From an uncultured bacterium (GTDB taxonomy: Bacteria; Latescibacterota; MVCY01), in NCBI GenBank assembly GCA_964595705.1, contig CAZQSC010000003.1, forward strand, positions 1 through 41,693: a stretch of 41,693 bases of DNA, given 5' to 3'. A program made the position numbers and the translations under genes. Shown here one piece after another: positions 1 through 8,810 of this stretch (its first letter is position 1; each line of letters opens with the position of its first letter). A model generated the notes under the pieces. The model saw nothing but the letters and a program-made list of their open reading frames with translations. It ran no database searches and had not been told where the DNA came from.

Positions 1-153
1 GAGAGGCTCGACTGCGCTTGGCAGTTGATCTACGACCGCCTGAAAAGACTGGGGCGGCTGGAGGTGTTGGAGAGGGTAAGAGAACCCAAGGACTGGTCCC
101 AGGCAAGAGACGGAGGTCCAAGAAAAGTGGTAAGAGAGGATGTTGTCTTATGA
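1..153 (+). CDS. metV: MetV (MTHFR small Fe-S/Zn subunit), 3' end only; 5' part lies outside the window
   Basis: Frame +1 reads ERLDCAWQLIYDRLKRLGRLEVLERVREPKDWSQARDGGPRKVVREDVVL*, the typical MetV C-terminus (CAWxxIYxRL...PKDW...GGPR). Its TGA (151-153) overlaps the metF ATG (ATGA). Not in the ORF track. Confidence 0.85.
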   Translation, partial: ERLDCAWQLIYDRLKRLGRLEVLERVREPKDWSQARDGGPRKVVREDVVL

Positions 154-1106
154 ACCAGGAGAAGAGTTTCAAAGCAGGCAGTAGGCTGGAGAAACTCCTC
201 CTCTCCGGTCATTTTGTGGTTACCGCCGAGTTGGGGCCGCCTAAAAGCGCCGACCTGGAGCTGGTGAACCGCAAGATCGAGTACCTGAAGAACTACGTTG
301 ATGCCGCGAATATCACCGACAACCAGACGGCCATAGCCCGACTCTCCAGCATCGCCACCGGCACCATCCTCTGCCAGAAGGGCCTGGAGCCAGTGATTCA
401 GATGACCTGCCGGGACAGAAATCGCATCGCCATCCAGAGCGATATCCTGGGCGCCTACGCCTTAGGCATAAAGAATATCCTCTGCCTCACCGGCGACCAC
501 CAACGCCTCGGCAACCACCCTGCGGCCAAGGGAGTCTTCGATTTAGATTCGATTCAGCTTATCCAGATGCTGAAGGTGATGCGAGATGAGAAGAGATTTC
601 TCTGCGGGGAGGAGATAAGGAACTCTCCTAAGGCACCGGTGGTTGAACCTCGGATGTTCATCGGCGCAGCCGCCAACCCCTTCGGCGACCCCTTCGAGTT
701 CAGAGTAGTCCGACTGGCAAAGAAGATAGCCGCCGGCGCCGATTTCATCCAGACGCAATGCATCTACGATATGAAACGCTTCCGCCAGTGGATGCAACAG
801 GTACGAGACAGGGGATTGCACCAGAAGGCATACATCTTAGCTGGATTAACCCCCTTAAGATCGGTGAGAATGGCGCAGTATATGAAGGACAGCGTAGCTG
901 GCGTAACCGTGCCCGATGAGATTATTCAGAGGATGGCCCAGGCAAAAGACCCCGCCGAAGAGGGGGTGAAGATCTGTGTGGAACAAATAGAAGAACTTAA
1001 ACAGATAGAAGGCATTGCTGGCATCCACCTGATGGCGGTGGCCTGGGAGAAGATAGTACCTGTGATTGTCGAGCGGGCAGGACTGCTGCCGCGACCGAGC
1101 GTGTAA
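150..1106 (+). CDS. metF: Methylenetetrahydrofolate reductase, catalytic subunit
   Basis: TAELGPPK, NITDNQTA, QMTCRDRNRIAIQSD, LCLTGDH, GADFIQTQ motifs. Start placed at ATG 150 (coupled to metV), not at TTG 18. Confidence 0.95.
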   Translation: MNQEKSFKAGSRLEKLLLSGHFVVTAELGPPKSADLELVNRKIEYLKNYVDAANITDNQTAIARLSSIATGTILCQKGLEPVIQMTCRDRNRIAIQSDILGAYALGIKNILCLTGDHQRLGNHPAAKGVFDLDSIQLIQMLKVMRDEKRFLCGEEIRNSPKAPVVEPRMFIGAAANPFGDPFEFRVVRLAKKIAAGADFIQTQCIYDMKRFRQWMQQVRDRGLHQKAYILAGLTPLRSVRMAQYMKDSVAGVTVPDEIIQRMAQAKDPAEEGVKICVEQIEELKQIEGIAGIHLMAVAWEKIVPVIVERAGLLPRPSV

Positions 1107-1124
1107 CGAAGCTAAGTTTCGAGA

Positions 1125-1163
1125 AATAGCAACCTCCCGCAGTTTTCGAATCTCCAGGAGGTT
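1125..1163. repeat. Degenerate copy of the RAYT-associated REP palindrome
   Basis: aatagcaacctcccgcag-ttttcgaat-ctccaggaggtt; the first 18 nt are identical to the copies at 1656 and 2300, and the right arm has mismatches. Confidence 0.85.
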
Positions 1164-1195
1164 ACGGAGGTTAAATTCATCCAGGAGGCGACTAA

Positions 1196-1660
1196 ATGGA
1201 GACCATTGTCCTAAACAAGCTTGACCCCAACTTCAAGTATGAGATTGCAGCCCAACCGGGGGCAGAGGGCTTCAAGCTCTGTTTCTCCTGCGGCACCTGT
1301 ACCGCCACCTGCCCGGTAGCCGAAATAGACGAAGATTACAATCCCCGACGGATAATCCGCCAGGCATTGTTAGGAATGCGCCAGCAGGTGCTCTCCTCTC
1401 GCTCAATCTGGCTATGCGCCCAGTGTTTTGCCTGCTCTGTGCGCTGCCCCCAGGGAGTGAACTTCCGAGACATAATAGGTGTGCTGCGGCAAATGGCTGT
1501 GAAAGAAGGCTATATGCCCCCGGAAACTGTGAAAGATATAGAAGGAATAGATGTCCTCTCCCAGAGAATACGCCACGAGTTGATCCGCTATTACTTTGAA
1601 CAAAGAGAGAAATTTGAGCAGCTGAAAGAGATCATAGAAGATGAGCTGGGGATAAAATAG
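1196..1660 (+). CDS. hdrC: Heterodisulfide reductase subunit C-like 2x[4Fe-4S] protein
   Basis: CFSCGTCTATCP and IWLCAQCFACSVRCPQGV motifs, NPRRIIRQALLG; AGGAGG RBS upstream. Confidence 0.85.
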   Translation: METIVLNKLDPNFKYEIAAQPGAEGFKLCFSCGTCTATCPVAEIDEDYNPRRIIRQALLGMRQQVLSSRSIWLCAQCFACSVRCPQGVNFRDIIGVLRQMAVKEGYMPPETVKDIEGIDVLSQRIRHELIRYYFEQREKFEQLKEIIEDELGIK

Positions 1661-1696
1661 CAACCTCCCGCAGGTTCAGAACCTGCGGGAGGTTCT
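1656..1696. repeat. REP palindrome, left flank of the RAYT
   Basis: aatagc followed by the perfect inverted repeat aacctcccgcaggtt(cag)aacctgcgggaggtt; 41 bp identical to 2300-2340. Confidence 0.93.
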
Positions 1697-1725
1697 GGAG
1701 GTCTTAGAAGGAAACAAACAAGGAA

Positions 1726-2304
1726 ATGCCGTATCGCCAAGATATCTTTGTACCTGGTAATTATTACCACATTTACAACCGTGGTGCCAATCGCGAGAAT
1801 ATTTTCTTTTCAAAAGAGAATTTCCTCCATTGCCTTAGGCTCCTGGGGAAATATACGAAGTCTTACCTCGTGACGGTCATAGCTTACTGTCTAATGCCGA
1901 ATCATTATCACCTGGTGCTGCGGCAGGATGGTGAGGTTAGTCTCTCCAAGTTTACCAACGTTGTTTTCAACGCATACGTGCAAGCGGTGAACAAGCAACT
2001 CAGACGCAAAGGGACTCTTTTCCAGGGAGGTTTTAAGCATGTGCATGTAGACAGGGATGAGTATGTCCTGCATCTTTGTCGTTATGTCCATCTAAATCCT
2101 GTGGAAGCTGGTATCGTTTCTAGACCAGAAGAATGGGTTTTTTCAAATTACCAGGACTGGATAGGTATGCGGGAAGGGAAGTTAAAGGATGCAGAGTTCA
2201 TTCATTCGTACTTCGCGCAACCTGAAGATTATCAGAAGTTCGTGATGGAATATGAGGTAGAAAGGGAATTGGAGGAGAAGCTTTCTCGGTACTTGTTGGA
2301 ATAG
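1726..2304 (+). mobile_element. REP-associated tyrosine transposase (RAYT, Y1 HUH family)
   Basis: YYHIYNRG N-terminus, AYCLMPNHYHL (HUH), YVHLNPVEAG (catalytic Tyr plus NP), EWVFSNY; flanked by REP palindromes. Confidence 0.92.
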
Positions 2305-2340
2305 CAACCTCCCGCAGGTTCAGAACCTGCGGGAGGTTCT
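2300..2340. repeat. REP palindrome, right flank of the RAYT
   Basis: Identical 41-bp direct copy of 1656-1696. Confidence 0.93.
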
Positions 2341-2348
2341 AGACGCTT

Positions 2349-2472
2349 ATCCCCTCCCCTGGGGGGAGGGGATAAAGGGGAGGGGCGAAAAAGTCTTTGA
2401 AATATCGAGACTTTCACCCTCACCCTTTCCCTCTCCTTCAAGGGAGAGGGAATACTCTGGATTTTTTACGAG
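2349..2472. repeat. Dispersed REP-doublet/MITE-like element, copy 1 (one end missing)
   Basis: Two G/C hairpins (cccctcccct..aggggat; ccctctcctt..aagggagaggg) around the spacer aaaagtctttgaaatatcgagactttc; near-identical reverse complement at about 30390-30547. Confidence 0.88.
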
Positions 2473-2518
2473 AGGACCATTCAGTGTTTTCTGATTTGGA
2501 ATAAGGACACAAGAAGTT

Positions 2519-5500
2519 ATGAAAAACGGAAAGAAAAAGACGGGCGCTGTTTTAGTGATCGGCGGTGGTATAGGTGGCATCCAGGCCTCACTGGATCTGG
2601 CTGAGTCGGGTTTTAAGGTCTATCTTTTAGAGAAATCCCCGGCTATTGGGGGGACAATGGCAATGCTGGACAAGACCTTCCCCACCAATGACTGCTCGAT
2701 GTGCATCCTGGCCCCCAAGCTGGTTGAGTGCGGACGGCACCTGAACATCGAGGTCATCACCTGTGCCGAGCTGTTGGCAGTAGAGGGAGAAGCAGGCAGG
2801 TTCCGGGTTAAAATCAGAAAGCAGCCCCGCTATGTGGACACCCAGAAATGCACCGGCTGTGCCGAGTGTGCCGAAGTCTGTCCGGTGGAGGTGCCCAGCG
2901 AATTCGACCAGGGCCTGGCCAACAGAAAGGCCATCTTCAGACCCTTTCCTCAGGCATTTCCCAATGTCTTCGCCGTCGACAAAAAAGAGCGTCCTCCCTG
3001 CGTTCTTGCCTGCCCGGCAGGGACGAATGTCCAGGGCTATCTGGCTCTGGTCGCCCAGGGAAAATACCAGGAGGCTCTGGCCTTAATCAGGGAAAACATT
3101 CCTTTGCCCGGGGTGATCGGCCGTATCTGTCCTCACCCTTGCGAGGCCCAGTGCAAGAGAGGTTTTTTAGATGAACCACTCTCCATCTGTGCCCTGAAAC
3201 GCTTTGTCGCCGACTTCGTCGAAGAAGAACCGCCGCTGCCCGAAATAGAGCCGAAAGAGGAGAAAGTTGCCATTGTCGGTTCCGGCCCGGCGGGACTGTC
3301 AGCCGCCTACTACCTTGCCCTTCAAGGCTACCAGATTACTGTTTTCGAGGCCTTGCCCCAGGCAGGAGGGATGCTCTATTTCGGCATACCTGAGTACAGA
3401 CTGCCCAAAACCGTGCTCCAGAGGGAGATCGATTATATTCGCCGCCTGGGAGTGGAGATTAAAACCAACACACCCATAGGAAAGGATCTGGACATCGAAG
3501 ATCTCTTTGCTCAAGACTACAGGGCGGTTTTTGTTGCCACGGGGGCTCACCAGAGCCGGAAGTTAGGGGTGCCCGGCGAGGAGTCCGAGGGTGTGGTCCA
3601 TGGGGTCGACTTCCTGAGAGAGCTAAACCTCGGCAGGAGAGTGCAGATAGGAAAACGGGTGGCGGTGATAGGAGGTGGAGATGTAGCCATAGATGCAGCC
3701 AGGTCTGCACTCAGAGTGGGAGCCGAAGAGGTCCTTATCCTCTACCGACGCTCAAGGGAAGAGATGCCCGCCAGCCGAGAGGAGATCGAGGCAGCAGAGA
3801 CCGAGGGGGTGAAGATCCAATATCTGGTTGCCCCGGTAGAGGTGCTGGCCAGCGGAGGAAAGGTGAGCGGCATACGCTTGGTCCGGATGAGATTGGGCGA
3901 ACCAGACTCTTCCGGCAGAAGAAGGCCTGTACCCATCGAAGGCTCTCAGTTCCAGATAGAAGTGGACACGGTGATCCCAGCTATCGGACAGATGCCCGAC
4001 CTCTCGTTGTTGAAAGAAAGCGGTGTGGAGATAAGCCGTTGGGGCACCATCGTAGCCGATCCCCTCACCTTTGCCACCAGCCGTGGGGGCCTGTTTGCTG
4101 GTGGTGACAATGTCACCGGGCCAGCCACCGCCGTGGAGGCCATCGCAGCCGGAAAAGAGGCTGCTGTGTCCATCGACAGATACCTTCGGGGCGAAGACCT
4201 CAAGGAGGGCAGAGAGAAAAGAACATCAAGGCCGCTCGATCTCTCCGACCTTCCCCTGGGCCAGCCCAAGAGGCCCCGGGTGAAAATGCCCACTATCTGT
4301 TTAGAGGAGAGAAGAAAGAGCTTCAAAGAGGTGGAACTGGGCCTGTCGGAGGAGGCTGCAGTGACCGAAGCCCAACGGTGCCTCTCCTGCGGCATCTGCT
4401 CAGAATGCCTCCAATGTCTCAGGGTCTGTAAGGCAGAGGCCATCCTGCACAATATGGTCCCAGAGGAGATGGAACTGGAGGTGGGCTCGGTTCTTCTGGC
4501 CCCTGGGTTTGACGAATACGATCCTCTACCCGACGGGAAATATGGCTACGGTAGATTCCCCAATGTGGTGACCAGTATCCAGTTTGAGCGCATCCTCAGC
4601 GCCTCGGGGCCTTATCAGGGGCATGTGCAGAGACCCTCGGATGGTGCATCTCCCTCAAAAATAGCCTTTATCCAGTGCGTCGGCTCTCGTGACCGCAGCT
4701 GTGGAAACGAATACTGCTCCTCAGTCTGCTGTATGTACGCCATAAAGGAGGCAATTGTAGCCAAAGAGCACGCAAAAGATGTCGAAAGTGCTATTTTCTT
4801 TATGGACTTGCGGGCCTATGGAAAGGACTTCGACAAATACTACCAACGGGCCCAGGATGAATACGGCATCAGGTTTATCAGAGCCAGGGCAGCCGAGGTA
4901 AAACAGGCGGATGGGAATGGAAATTTATTCGTTGAATATGAATCAGAGGATGGCAAAAGGAGATCGGAACAGTTTGACCTGGTGGTCTTATCTGTAGGAT
5001 TTGAACCCCCTGGCGATTTAGGGTCTCTGGCGGAGAAACTGGGCATCAGATTGAACGAGTATGGTTTTTGCAAAACACAGGAATTTAAGCCACTGGAGAG
5101 CTCACGGCCTGGAATATTTGTCTGCGGAGCTGCCAGCGGTCCCAAAGATATCCCGGAGACAGTAACCGGGGCCAGTGGCGCAGCCGCAGAAGTTGCTGCC
5201 CTCCTGGAATCTGCCCGGGGAACCCTGACAGTCGAAAAAACCTATCCCCCTGAGATAGATATCAGGGGAGAGCCGCCCAGAATAGGCGTCTTTATCTGTC
5301 ACTGTGGCATAAATATCGGTGGGGTGGTAAATGTCCCCGAGGTGGTCGAATATGCCCGCGGTCTTCCCTATGTAGCCTACGCCGAAGATAATCTTTACAC
5401 CTGTTCTCAAGACACCCAGGAGAGGATAAAGGAGAAAATAGGGGAACACCGCCTGAACCGGGTAGTGGTGGCCTCCTGTTCTCCTCGGACGCACGAGCCG

Positions 5501-6967
5501 CTTTTCCAGGAGACAATGAGAGAAGCAGGCCTTAACCCCTATCTGTTTGAGATGGCCAACATCAGAGACCAGTGCTCGTGGGTGCATATGGAGGAGCCTG
5601 GAGAGGCTACCCAGAAGGCTAAGGACTTGGTAAGAATGGCAATACACAAAGCTTTCCTGCTTCAGCCTCTGGAAGAGATGAAGCTGGCAGTGAACAGGAA
5701 CGCATTAGTCATAGGTGCCGGGGTAGCAGGGATGACCGCCGCTCTGGCTCTGAGCCGTCAGGGATTCCCTGTCTTCCTGATCGAAAGACAGAACCAGCCT
5801 GGCGGAAACTTCAGGAATATACATTTTAGCTTAAATGGCCAAGATCCAAGGGCATTCTTAAATTGCCTGATAGAAAAAGTGAAGTCAGATAAGAAGATAA
5901 GACTTTACACAAACGCCGAGATAGAACAGATAGAGGGATATGTAGGCAACTTTAAGACCACGATCACCGTGGAAGACAGAGTGGGAGCAGAACCTGAGAG
6001 TGTGGAATTGGAACACGGGGTGATTATTGTGGCCACCGGGGCCACAGAATACAAGCCGTCCGAGTATCTCTACGGTCAAGACCCGAGAGTGTTAACTCAG
6101 CTTCAGCTGGAAAGCCTGTTAGGAGAGAGGAGAGAGGAAAGAAAGACCCTTCTCTCTCGTCTTTCTCCCACAGTGGTAATGATTCAGTGCGTGGGGTCAA
6201 GGGACCAGCAGAGGCCTTACTGCAGCAGGGTATGCTGCACTCAGGCAGTCAAAAATGCTTTGAAAATAAAGGGGAAGAATCCCGACGCAAACATCTACAT
6301 TCTCTATCGAGACATAAGAACCTACGGCTTCAGGGAGGAGTACTACCGGAAGGCAAGGGAACAGGGGGTGATATTCATCCGCTACGACGAGATGGAGAAA
6401 CCGAAGGTAGAGGAGACAGATGGGCACCTGAGCGTTTTGGTTAAAGACCCGGTGTTAGGGGAGACACTTCGCATAGATACAGACCTTCTGGTGCTCAGCT
6501 CGGCTATGGTGCCGCCTGCTGGAAACAGAGATCTGGCGCAGATGCTTAAGGTTCCCTTAAATGACGATGAGTTCTTCCTTGAGGCCCATGTGAAACTTCG
6601 TCCGGTGGATTTTGCCACTGACGGGATATTTGTATGTGGACTCGCCCATGCCCCCAAGTCGGTTGAGGAGACCATCGCCCAGGCCAGTGCCGCTGCCTCC
6701 AGGGCAGCCACCATTCTGTCTAAGAGCTTCATCAAGGTGGAGGGCAAGGTGGCCTCTGTGCGGGAGAGCAGATGCACTGGCTGCGGGATGTGCGAGGCGG
6801 TCTGCCCCTACAATGCAGTGAAAGTAGATCCAGAGAGGGCAGTGGCGGCCGTCAACGAGGCTTTGTGTAAGGGCTGTGGTGCCTGCTCAGCCACCTGCAG
6901 GTCCGGGGCCATAGACATCCGGGGATTCACCGACAACCAGATACTGGCAGCGGTGGAGGCCCTCTAA
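2519..6967 (+). CDS. hdrA: HdrL-type large flavoprotein: two HdrA-like modules plus an inserted GltD/NfnB-like NAD(P)H module and multiple Fe-S clusters
   Basis: GGGIGG...LDKTFPTNDCSMC HdrA start; PPCVLACP...GRICPHPCEAQC, GSGPAG, GGGDVA, YRRSREEMPA GltD-like insert; IQCVGSR...CSxVCC twice; RIGVFICHCGINI; C-terminal 2x CxxCxxCxxxC. Confidence 0.92.
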   Translation: MKNGKKKTGAVLVIGGGIGGIQASLDLAESGFKVYLLEKSPAIGGTMAMLDKTFPTNDCSMCILAPKLVECGRHLNIEVITCAELLAVEGEAGRFRVKIRKQPRYVDTQKCTGCAECAEVCPVEVPSEFDQGLANRKAIFRPFPQAFPNVFAVDKKERPPCVLACPAGTNVQGYLALVAQGKYQEALALIRENIPLPGVIGRICPHPCEAQCKRGFLDEPLSICALKRFVADFVEEEPPLPEIEPKEEKVAIVGSGPAGLSAAYYLALQGYQITVFEALPQAGGMLYFGIPEYRLPKTVLQREIDYIRRLGVEIKTNTPIGKDLDIEDLFAQDYRAVFVATGAHQSRKLGVPGEESEGVVHGVDFLRELNLGRRVQIGKRVAVIGGGDVAIDAARSALRVGAEEVLILYRRSREEMPASREEIEAAETEGVKIQYLVAPVEVLASGGKVSGIRLVRMRLGEPDSSGRRRPVPIEGSQFQIEVDTVIPAIGQMPDLSLLKESGVEISRWGTIVADPLTFATSRGGLFAGGDNVTGPATAVEAIAAGKEAAVSIDRYLRGEDLKEGREKRTSRPLDLSDLPLGQPKRPRVKMPTICLEERRKSFKEVELGLSEEAAVTEAQRCLSCGICSECLQCLRVCKAEAILHNMVPEEMELEVGSVLLAPGFDEYDPLPDGKYGYGRFPNVVTSIQFERILSASGPYQGHVQRPSDGASPSKIAFIQCVGSRDRSCGNEYCSSVCCMYAIKEAIVAKEHAKDVESAIFFMDLRAYGKDFDKYYQRAQDEYGIRFIRARAAEVKQADGNGNLFVEYESEDGKRRSEQFDLVVLSVGFEPPGDLGSLAEKLGIRLNEYGFCKTQEFKPLESSRPGIFVCGAASGPKDIPETVTGASGAAAEVAALLESARGTLTVEKTYPPEIDIRGEPPRIGVFICHCGINIGGVVNVPEVVEYARGLPYVAYAEDNLYTCSQDTQERIKEKIGEHRLNRVVVASCSPRTHEPLFQETMREAGLNPYLFEMANIRDQCSWVHMEEPGEATQKAKDLVRMAIHKAFLLQPLEEMKLAVNRNALVIGAGVAGMTAALALSRQGFPVFLIERQNQPGGNFRNIHFSLNGQDPRAFLNCLIEKVKSDKKIRLYTNAEIEQIEGYVGNFKTTITVEDRVGAEPESVELEHGVIIVATGATEYKPSEYLYGQDPRVLTQLQLESLLGERREERKTLLSRLSPTVVMIQCVGSRDQQRPYCSRVCCTQAVKNALKIKGKNPDANIYILYRDIRTYGFREEYYRKAREQGVIFIRYDEMEKPKVEETDGHLSVLVKDPVLGETLRIDTDLLVLSSAMVPPAGNRDLAQMLKVPLNDDEFFLEAHVKLRPVDFATDGIFVCGLAHAPKSVEETIAQASAAASRAATILSKSFIKVEGKVASVRESRCTGCGMCEAVCPYNAVKVDPERAVAAVNEALCKGCGACSATCRSGAIDIRGFTDNQILAAVEAL

Positions 6968-7024
6968 AAGCCAAAAAGTCTGTCCATTCAATGCCTCAGT
7001 AGATTATTACCAACAATAGGGAGA

Positions 7025-7555
7025 ATGGATCAACATATGAACAGGAAGAAACCCATCAGTGGTGGAGACCAATCTCTGGGTCGGCAGTGGCAGCCCAAGA
7101 TAGTTGCTTTCCTGTGCCACTGGTGTAGCTATGCCGGGGCAGACTTGGCCGGGATAAGCAGAATCCAGTATCCGCCCAACATCCGGGTGATAAGAGTCCC
7201 TTGCTCCAGCCGGGTAAACCCCCTGTACATCATAAAAGCCCTGCAACACGGCGCCGATGGAGTTTTAGTATCCGGCTGCCATCCCGGCGACTGCCACTAC
7301 GGCAGCGGGAACTACCTGGCCCGGCGGAAATTCGCCCTGCTGAAAAGATTTCTCGAATTCATTGGGATAGAACCGGAGAGAGTGCAATTTTCCTGGGTCT
7401 CAGCAGCAGAAGGGCAGAAGTTCGCCTCAGTGGTTAGGGAGGTTACCGAAGATGTGAGAAGGCTCGGCCCTGCACGGAGGTTGGTTAAGCACTTAAATGT
7501 AGCGAGCTTACAAACAGCTCTAGAGGAAAACAAGCAGATCAGCACAAAAGGCTGA
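7025..7555 (+). CDS. mvhD: MvhD/FlxD [2Fe-2S] subunit
   Basis: FLCHWCSYAGADLAG, RVPCSSRV, GCHPGDCHY, WVSAAEG. The start could be ATG 7037. Confidence 0.93.
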   Translation: MDQHMNRKKPISGGDQSLGRQWQPKIVAFLCHWCSYAGADLAGISRIQYPPNIRVIRVPCSSRVNPLYIIKALQHGADGVLVSGCHPGDCHYGSGNYLARRKFALLKRFLEFIGIEPERVQFSWVSAAEGQKFASVVREVTEDVRRLGPARRLVKHLNVASLQTALEENKQISTKG

Positions 7556-7558
7556 ATA

Positions 7559-8545
7559 ATGGAGCAAATTCAATTAAAACTGAGACAGACAGCAGGGCAG
7601 CTGCTCTCCGAAGGCAAGGTTGACCTGCTCATCGGTTACCAACAGGGCTCTCTGCCTCTGAGAACCACCCCCTGTTTTATCGCTCAGGAGCAGGAGGCTG
7701 CCGGGCTGGTGTGGAACTCATTTTGTACCAATAACCTTGCCGTCTATCTGCCTGCACTGTTCAGGCCTGACCCCCGGAGCAAAAAAAGGGAACCGAAGAG
7801 GGTGGGCATTGTGGTTAAAGGCTGCGACTGCCGCTCGGTGATTGGCCACCTGAAAGAGGGCCAGATGTCCCGAGAGAATCTGGTGATAATCGGGCTGCCC
7901 TGTCAGGGAGTGATCGATGAGAAAAAGATTGTGGCAGAGCTTAAGGGAAGGGAGATTATAAAGGCAGAGGAGCAGGGCGAACAGATCCTGGTGGTAGACG
8001 AAGAGGGGGAGAAAATAAGCTTGGCAAAAGGGGATTTCTTGAGAGATTCATGCCAGGTGTGTCAACATCCAGTTCCCCCTGTTTATGATCTCTTAATCGA
8101 GGGGGGGACAGCAAAGCAAGTAGTTCCGGATGAATATGCCGATGTAAAGGAAATGGAGGCCAGATCTATTGAGCAACGTTGGGAGTTTTTCCGGAGGCAG
8201 ATGGAGAAATGCATCAGGTGCTATGCTTGCCGGAACGCCTGTCCTCTCTGCTATTGTCCGGAGTGCTTTGCTGAGCAATCTCAGCCTCGCTGGGTGGGGA
8301 CAACAGACGACTCTTCTGACATTATGGCCTTTCATCTGGGCAGGATATTTCATACCGCCGGCCGCTGTGTTGACTGCGGTGCCTGTGAGGCTGCCTGCCC
8401 AATGGGCGTTGAACTGAGAAAACTCACCCGAAAACTGGCCAAAGATGTAGGGGAGCTATTCGGATACGAGGCCGGAGTTTCTGTTGAGGAACCTCCGCCA
8501 CTGGCAACCTACAGGTTGGATGACTACAACCAGTTCATTAAATAA
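7559..8545 (+). CDS. flxC: FlxC-like 4Fe-4S protein
   Basis: KGCDCRS, CIRCYACRNACPLCYCPEC, HTAGRCVDCGACEAACP; follows flxD/mvhD as in hdr-flxDCBA loci. Confidence 0.78.
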   Translation: MEQIQLKLRQTAGQLLSEGKVDLLIGYQQGSLPLRTTPCFIAQEQEAAGLVWNSFCTNNLAVYLPALFRPDPRSKKREPKRVGIVVKGCDCRSVIGHLKEGQMSRENLVIIGLPCQGVIDEKKIVAELKGREIIKAEEQGEQILVVDEEGEKISLAKGDFLRDSCQVCQHPVPPVYDLLIEGGTAKQVVPDEYADVKEMEARSIEQRWEFFRRQMEKCIRCYACRNACPLCYCPECFAEQSQPRWVGTTDDSSDIMAFHLGRIFHTAGRCVDCGACEAACPMGVELRKLTRKLAKDVGELFGYEAGVSVEEPPPLATYRLDDYNQFIK

Positions 8546-8810
8546 ACCCAGATAACGAGCAGAGTGGGAGAGGGAGAAACAAGAAACAAGGATAAAGGGT
8601 AAAGGATAAAGTAAAAAGTAGCGAGGGCAGAGGGGGAAGAAAAAGCCTTCCTACTTCCCACTTCTTCCTCTGGGAGGGCCCCCAGGGTGCGATATGAAGC
8701 CGTAGCTGGGTAACTCCCAAGAATAAAGACGTTGATTGCCAAGTTCAGCAAAACAATTACCCGAAGTTACCGCTTTGGCGATCCATAACGAAATTAGAGG
8801 CATTTTGAAG

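Noticed and set aside
18-149. 44-aa N-terminal extension of MetF from TTG 18
   Set aside because: This DNA encodes the MetV C-terminus in another frame; ATG 150 overlapping the metV stop is the better start.
1125-2340. Three palindromic repeats as a CRISPR array
   Set aside because: They are separated by whole genes (about 500-600 bp), there are no cas genes, and they flank a RAYT.
2232-2580. Minus-strand ORFs 2232-2441 and 2347-2580
   Set aside because: They are translations of repeat DNA and of the antisense strand of real genes.
2519-7555. Selenocysteine recoding in HdrL or MvhD
   Set aside because: Both ORFs are full length with Cys at motif positions and contain no in-frame TGA.
8736-8810. 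TTG-started extension of FlxB
   Set aside because: No family-like sequence before MAEKIL; ATG 8811 fits better.
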